A stretch of DNA of 64,000 bases from positions 70,122,001 through 70,186,000 of the forward strand of contig OX597833.1 of the NCBI GenBank assembly GCA_951406725.2. The letters are read 5' to 3'. The translations under genes and the position numbers were made by a program. The notes beneath the pieces were generated by a model, which did no database searches, was not told the origin of the DNA, and saw only the letters and a program-made list of their open reading frames with translations. The DNA is from Octopus vulgaris. Its lineage: Eukaryota. This document shows positions 61,001 to 64,000 of the stretch, piece after piece (positions within the stretch are counted from its first letter, which is position 1; each line of letters starts with the position of its first letter).

Positions 61001-62245
61001 CTTCAGTCTCTGATTCTATCCAATTATATGATAACCAGATGTGTCTGTGCACTAAACATGGTATATTCTTGCAGTTTTCTGCATATGCAAGTCTCTTACC
61101 TGCGTAATTTCTCCTCTGTTCCGGCGAGGCGACTTTCCGATGCCCGGTCGAGTAGGAGGGAACCGCGGCGTGCATGGAAGCCGCGGGCACGAGCCCGGCT
61201 GAAGCCGACCGCGGGTGCAGATCTCGGCGGTAGTAGCAAATATTCGAACGATAATGAGGTCACAGAGTATTTTGTTTTGTCCAATTTTTATTTGGTTTTT
61301 TCCTGTCGCCCACCCTATTTATTGTCATGTAATACAAAAGGATAGATAAATAAATAGATGTAATTACCATAGTAGATGTCTATATAGTTGGAGACGTACT
61401 TATACACACAGTTGTACAATGCAAGCGAATCATCTCTGTAGTAGTATTTGGGTAAGACTTTCGGGTCATCAACCTGAAATTAGAGAACAGAGCTATGTGC
61501 CGAGCTAAACAGAGCAGTGTCAGAGAAACGTGTGCGTTATGTTTCAATACCTTTGCTGATGAAATCGGCAAGCCTCTGAGAAAAAGATCTTCAATGGATG
61601 AACGCCATTACGAAAGCAAGAAAAAAAACTGTGCGTTGCAGAAAGATTTCCTATATTTATGAGTTCAGATAACATTTTGAAGGTTAGGTACGAGAAACAT
61701 ACTTCTATTCGTAATATGTTCGAATAGAAGTGTTTCTTCCCAGTGTACTTAAATTGCAAGAAGCATAATTAACATAACTTCCTTACAGTAATTTCTTGTT
61801 CAATCTAAAAATATATTATAATGGTTGCCACCCAATGTCATGTGATATTATGGTTCTGAGGCCGGAAGTCTTCTCTTCAAATCACAAACCTGGAAAACAG
61901 CTTTTTAAACAGAAGACCACGCAGTTGTCTGCATATGCAAGTCTCTCATCTCATCGCCATCGATGTTGTCCAAAAGCGAGACAATGGCCGAGAGATATTG
62001 ATGCCAGGCATTGCTACCAACATACAGAAGGACTATTAAAAGCCAGATTCTGTCCAGCGTTGTAGTAGTTCCACCAATCCATTCTAGACTAGTAATCTTT
62101 TGCTGGTATCGAAACTATAAAAGGTTGGATCTGCTGGATTTGAAAGCAAGACACTGCGAAAACAAGAATACAATAAACACTTACTTTCCTGCTTTGGAAC
62201 TCTTTCATTGGAATTCCATCACCAAGAAAATCCCATCGCTTTAAA
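57420..62245 (-). CDS. Lipoxygenase paralog C (3' part; continues beyond the window end)
   Basis: Exons 62185-62245, 61368-61473, 60241-60326, 59174-59356, 58203-58366, 57420-57534 (61,106,86,183,164,115 nt, as in A and B). Motifs YYYRDD, DWEIQNW, THAAVN, PNSISI*. Confidence 0.93.
58613..58990 (+). mobile_element. SINE family C
   Basis: Diverged copy in a gene C intron. Confidence 0.82.
61121..61251 (+). pseudogene. 28S: 28S rRNA fragment in a gene C intron
   Basis: GC-rich island containing AGTAGGAGGG...GAAGCC...GGGC..GAGCCCGG...GGTGCAGATCTCGGCGGTAGTAGCAAATATTCGAACGA, which matches the conserved eukaryotic LSU motif GGTGCAGATCTTGGTGGTAGTAGCAAATATTCAAA. Confidence 0.85.
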
Positions 62246-62493
62246 CTATAAAGAAATACAAACATAAAAACATGAATGGAATGGTTTATGACACAGAAAT
62301 TATTTCTGCGAATCTATGTGAAGATATTGGTGATTATTTTGAAAAGTTCTGCAACAAATTGTACGTTTTTGTGTGTATCTGTTTGTATGTTGGTATGTTT
62401 GCATACATGCATACACACAACATACATACACACACAACATGCACACACACAGACACATACCATACACACACACATATATATATATGTATGAAA

Positions 62494-62723
62494 AGGCGGC
62501 GAGCTGGCAGAAACGTTAGCACGCCAGGCGAAATGCTTAGAGGTATTTCGTCTGCCGTTACGTTCTGAGTTCAAATTCCGCCGAGGTCGACTTTGCCTTT
62601 CATTTTTTCGGGGTCGATAAATTAAGTACCAGTTACGCACTGGGGTCGATGTAATCGACTTAATCCGTTTGTCTGTCCTTGTTTATCCCCTCTGTGTTTA
62701 GCCCCTTGTGGGTAATAAAGAAA
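62494..62723 (+). mobile_element. Family B SINE
   Basis: Full-length copy. Confidence 0.88.
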
Positions 62724-62921
62724 TATATATATATGTATGAGACTGGATTTTTTCTATGTGTGCGTGAGTGTATCTATGGCTCTACTTTTTTCGATATCCC
62801 TCTGTTAAATACCATATTTTATTTTTACTAGGGAAAAGTTTCAAATTCACTTCGAAATTTTGACTATTTCGCTTTCATCAGTTAGTAACTTCTCTTTGTT
62901 TTCCACGTCTTGTTACATATC

Positions 62922-63206
62922 AAAATTCAAGAAGTCTTTGGACAAATTCCTTTAAACCAAAATTCAAGAAGTCTTTGGACAAATTCCTTTAAACCAAAAT
63001 ATTCAAGAAGTCTTTGGACAAATTCCTTCAAACAGTCCCGGACAAACCACCCACACCCAGATATGTCTCCGCAAACCATAACTCTCTGCTCGAATGGGCC
63101 TTGGTGCCCAAATCCTGAATTGAAAGACTTCGCCAGGTGATGCTATTAAGTTAGACATGGCTTGGTCCAATACTGGACAAAACCTTTCTAAGTTATTCTA
63201 AGTTAT
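62922..63206 (+). mobile_element. CR1-like LINE 3' end with a triplicated 5' junction
   Basis: FKKSLDKFLQTVPDKPPTP.YVSANHNSL; TTCAAGAAGTCTTTGGACAAATTCCTT occurs three times in tandem; tail (TTCTAAGTTA)2. Confidence 0.65.
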
Positions 63207-64000
63207 ATCCCTATTTGTAAATGAGTGTATTTTTTAGAGCGAAGAAGCTAGTTCACATAAGTAGATGCTGAATAAATTAAAAGGCTTGAAGTATTAACGA
63301 TATTATATTTACAGTAAGTTCAGTAGGTTAGTCAAAGAGTAGGAAACATGAAGCTATTCCGTGATACGAAGAGAGAGTATGAAGCCATACAAATTTAGCA
63401 AGGTTTGTTTTTTACTTTGTTTGAATTGTTGAGGAGATTTTCGAATCAATACTACATGGATGCTTTGGGACTTCAATGAAATTATATATTTTGTAAGTGA
63501 GGTATCTTTAATCTTGTTTCGGTTTCAAAACGTGTGCGTATGTTGAGGGTAACGACGTTTTAAGCAGACTGGCAGTTAAATCTATTATATACCGTAAGAG
63601 ACTGCAGCTGGTGTAATGGCATTGGCAGTAATTGTTGCGTTACATATTATGTTACTGACGAGGCAATTTATATCTAGACCGCAGATTTTTTTTGGAAGGG
63701 TGGAGAGCTTGGTGAATAGCTTGAATTTTAATACGCAGATAATTTCTGGTGCTTCTAATTATCAATAGACTATTCAAAGTTCCTAGCTGCAAAATATATT
63801 TCCAATCATCTTTCGAACTTTGTCGATATGTACGATCCTTCTGATGACGAGATGAATGGGAGAACTTAGAAGCTTCTGGAATAAGTCACAGTAGAAGCCA
63901 GTCTCTTTGATCAGCTCTGACACGCCTCAGTATAAAGCAAGCTTCTGGCTGTGCGGTGGGAGATTTCTACGAAGATGGAAAGAAAGGAGCAAGATATGCC

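Noticed and set aside
62922-63030. CRISPR-like direct repeats (27-29 bp x3), also the 30-bp repeats at ~19097
   Set aside because: No unique spacers, no cas genes, eukaryotic context; these are simple tandem duplications.

Overview
Eukaryotic, AT-rich, microsatellite-dense DNA. The tRNA-derived SINE families suggest an octopus or other cephalopod genome (inference). The genic content is a cluster of three intron-rich lipoxygenase (LOX) paralogs. Gene A (+, 3' part only, 2919-11641) has Arg in place of a catalytic-iron His ligand. Gene B (+, complete, 15 coding exons, 669 aa, 30695-51225) is PLAT + LOX. Gene C (-, 3' part only, 57420-62245) is convergent with B. Between A and B lies a 3.8-kb Penelope-like element (PLE) inserted in (TA)n. 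It has two near-identical ~1.2-kb inverted arms, each carrying a type I hammerhead ribozyme with a palindromic stem III, around a stop-free GIY-YIG endonuclease frame with no reverse transcriptase. About a dozen short microsatellite-embedded elements across the window also carry minimal or variant hammerheads, often in fold-back form. Other content: a second, internally inverted GIY-YIG PLE relic, non-autonomous Helitrons, mariner MITEs and relics, RTE and CR1-like LINE 3' ends, a 28S rRNA fragment, a templated insertion and an 88-nt intronic hairpin. Almost all ORF-track entries are microsatellite or SINE artefacts. All alignments and folds were done by eye; repeat boundaries are approximate.
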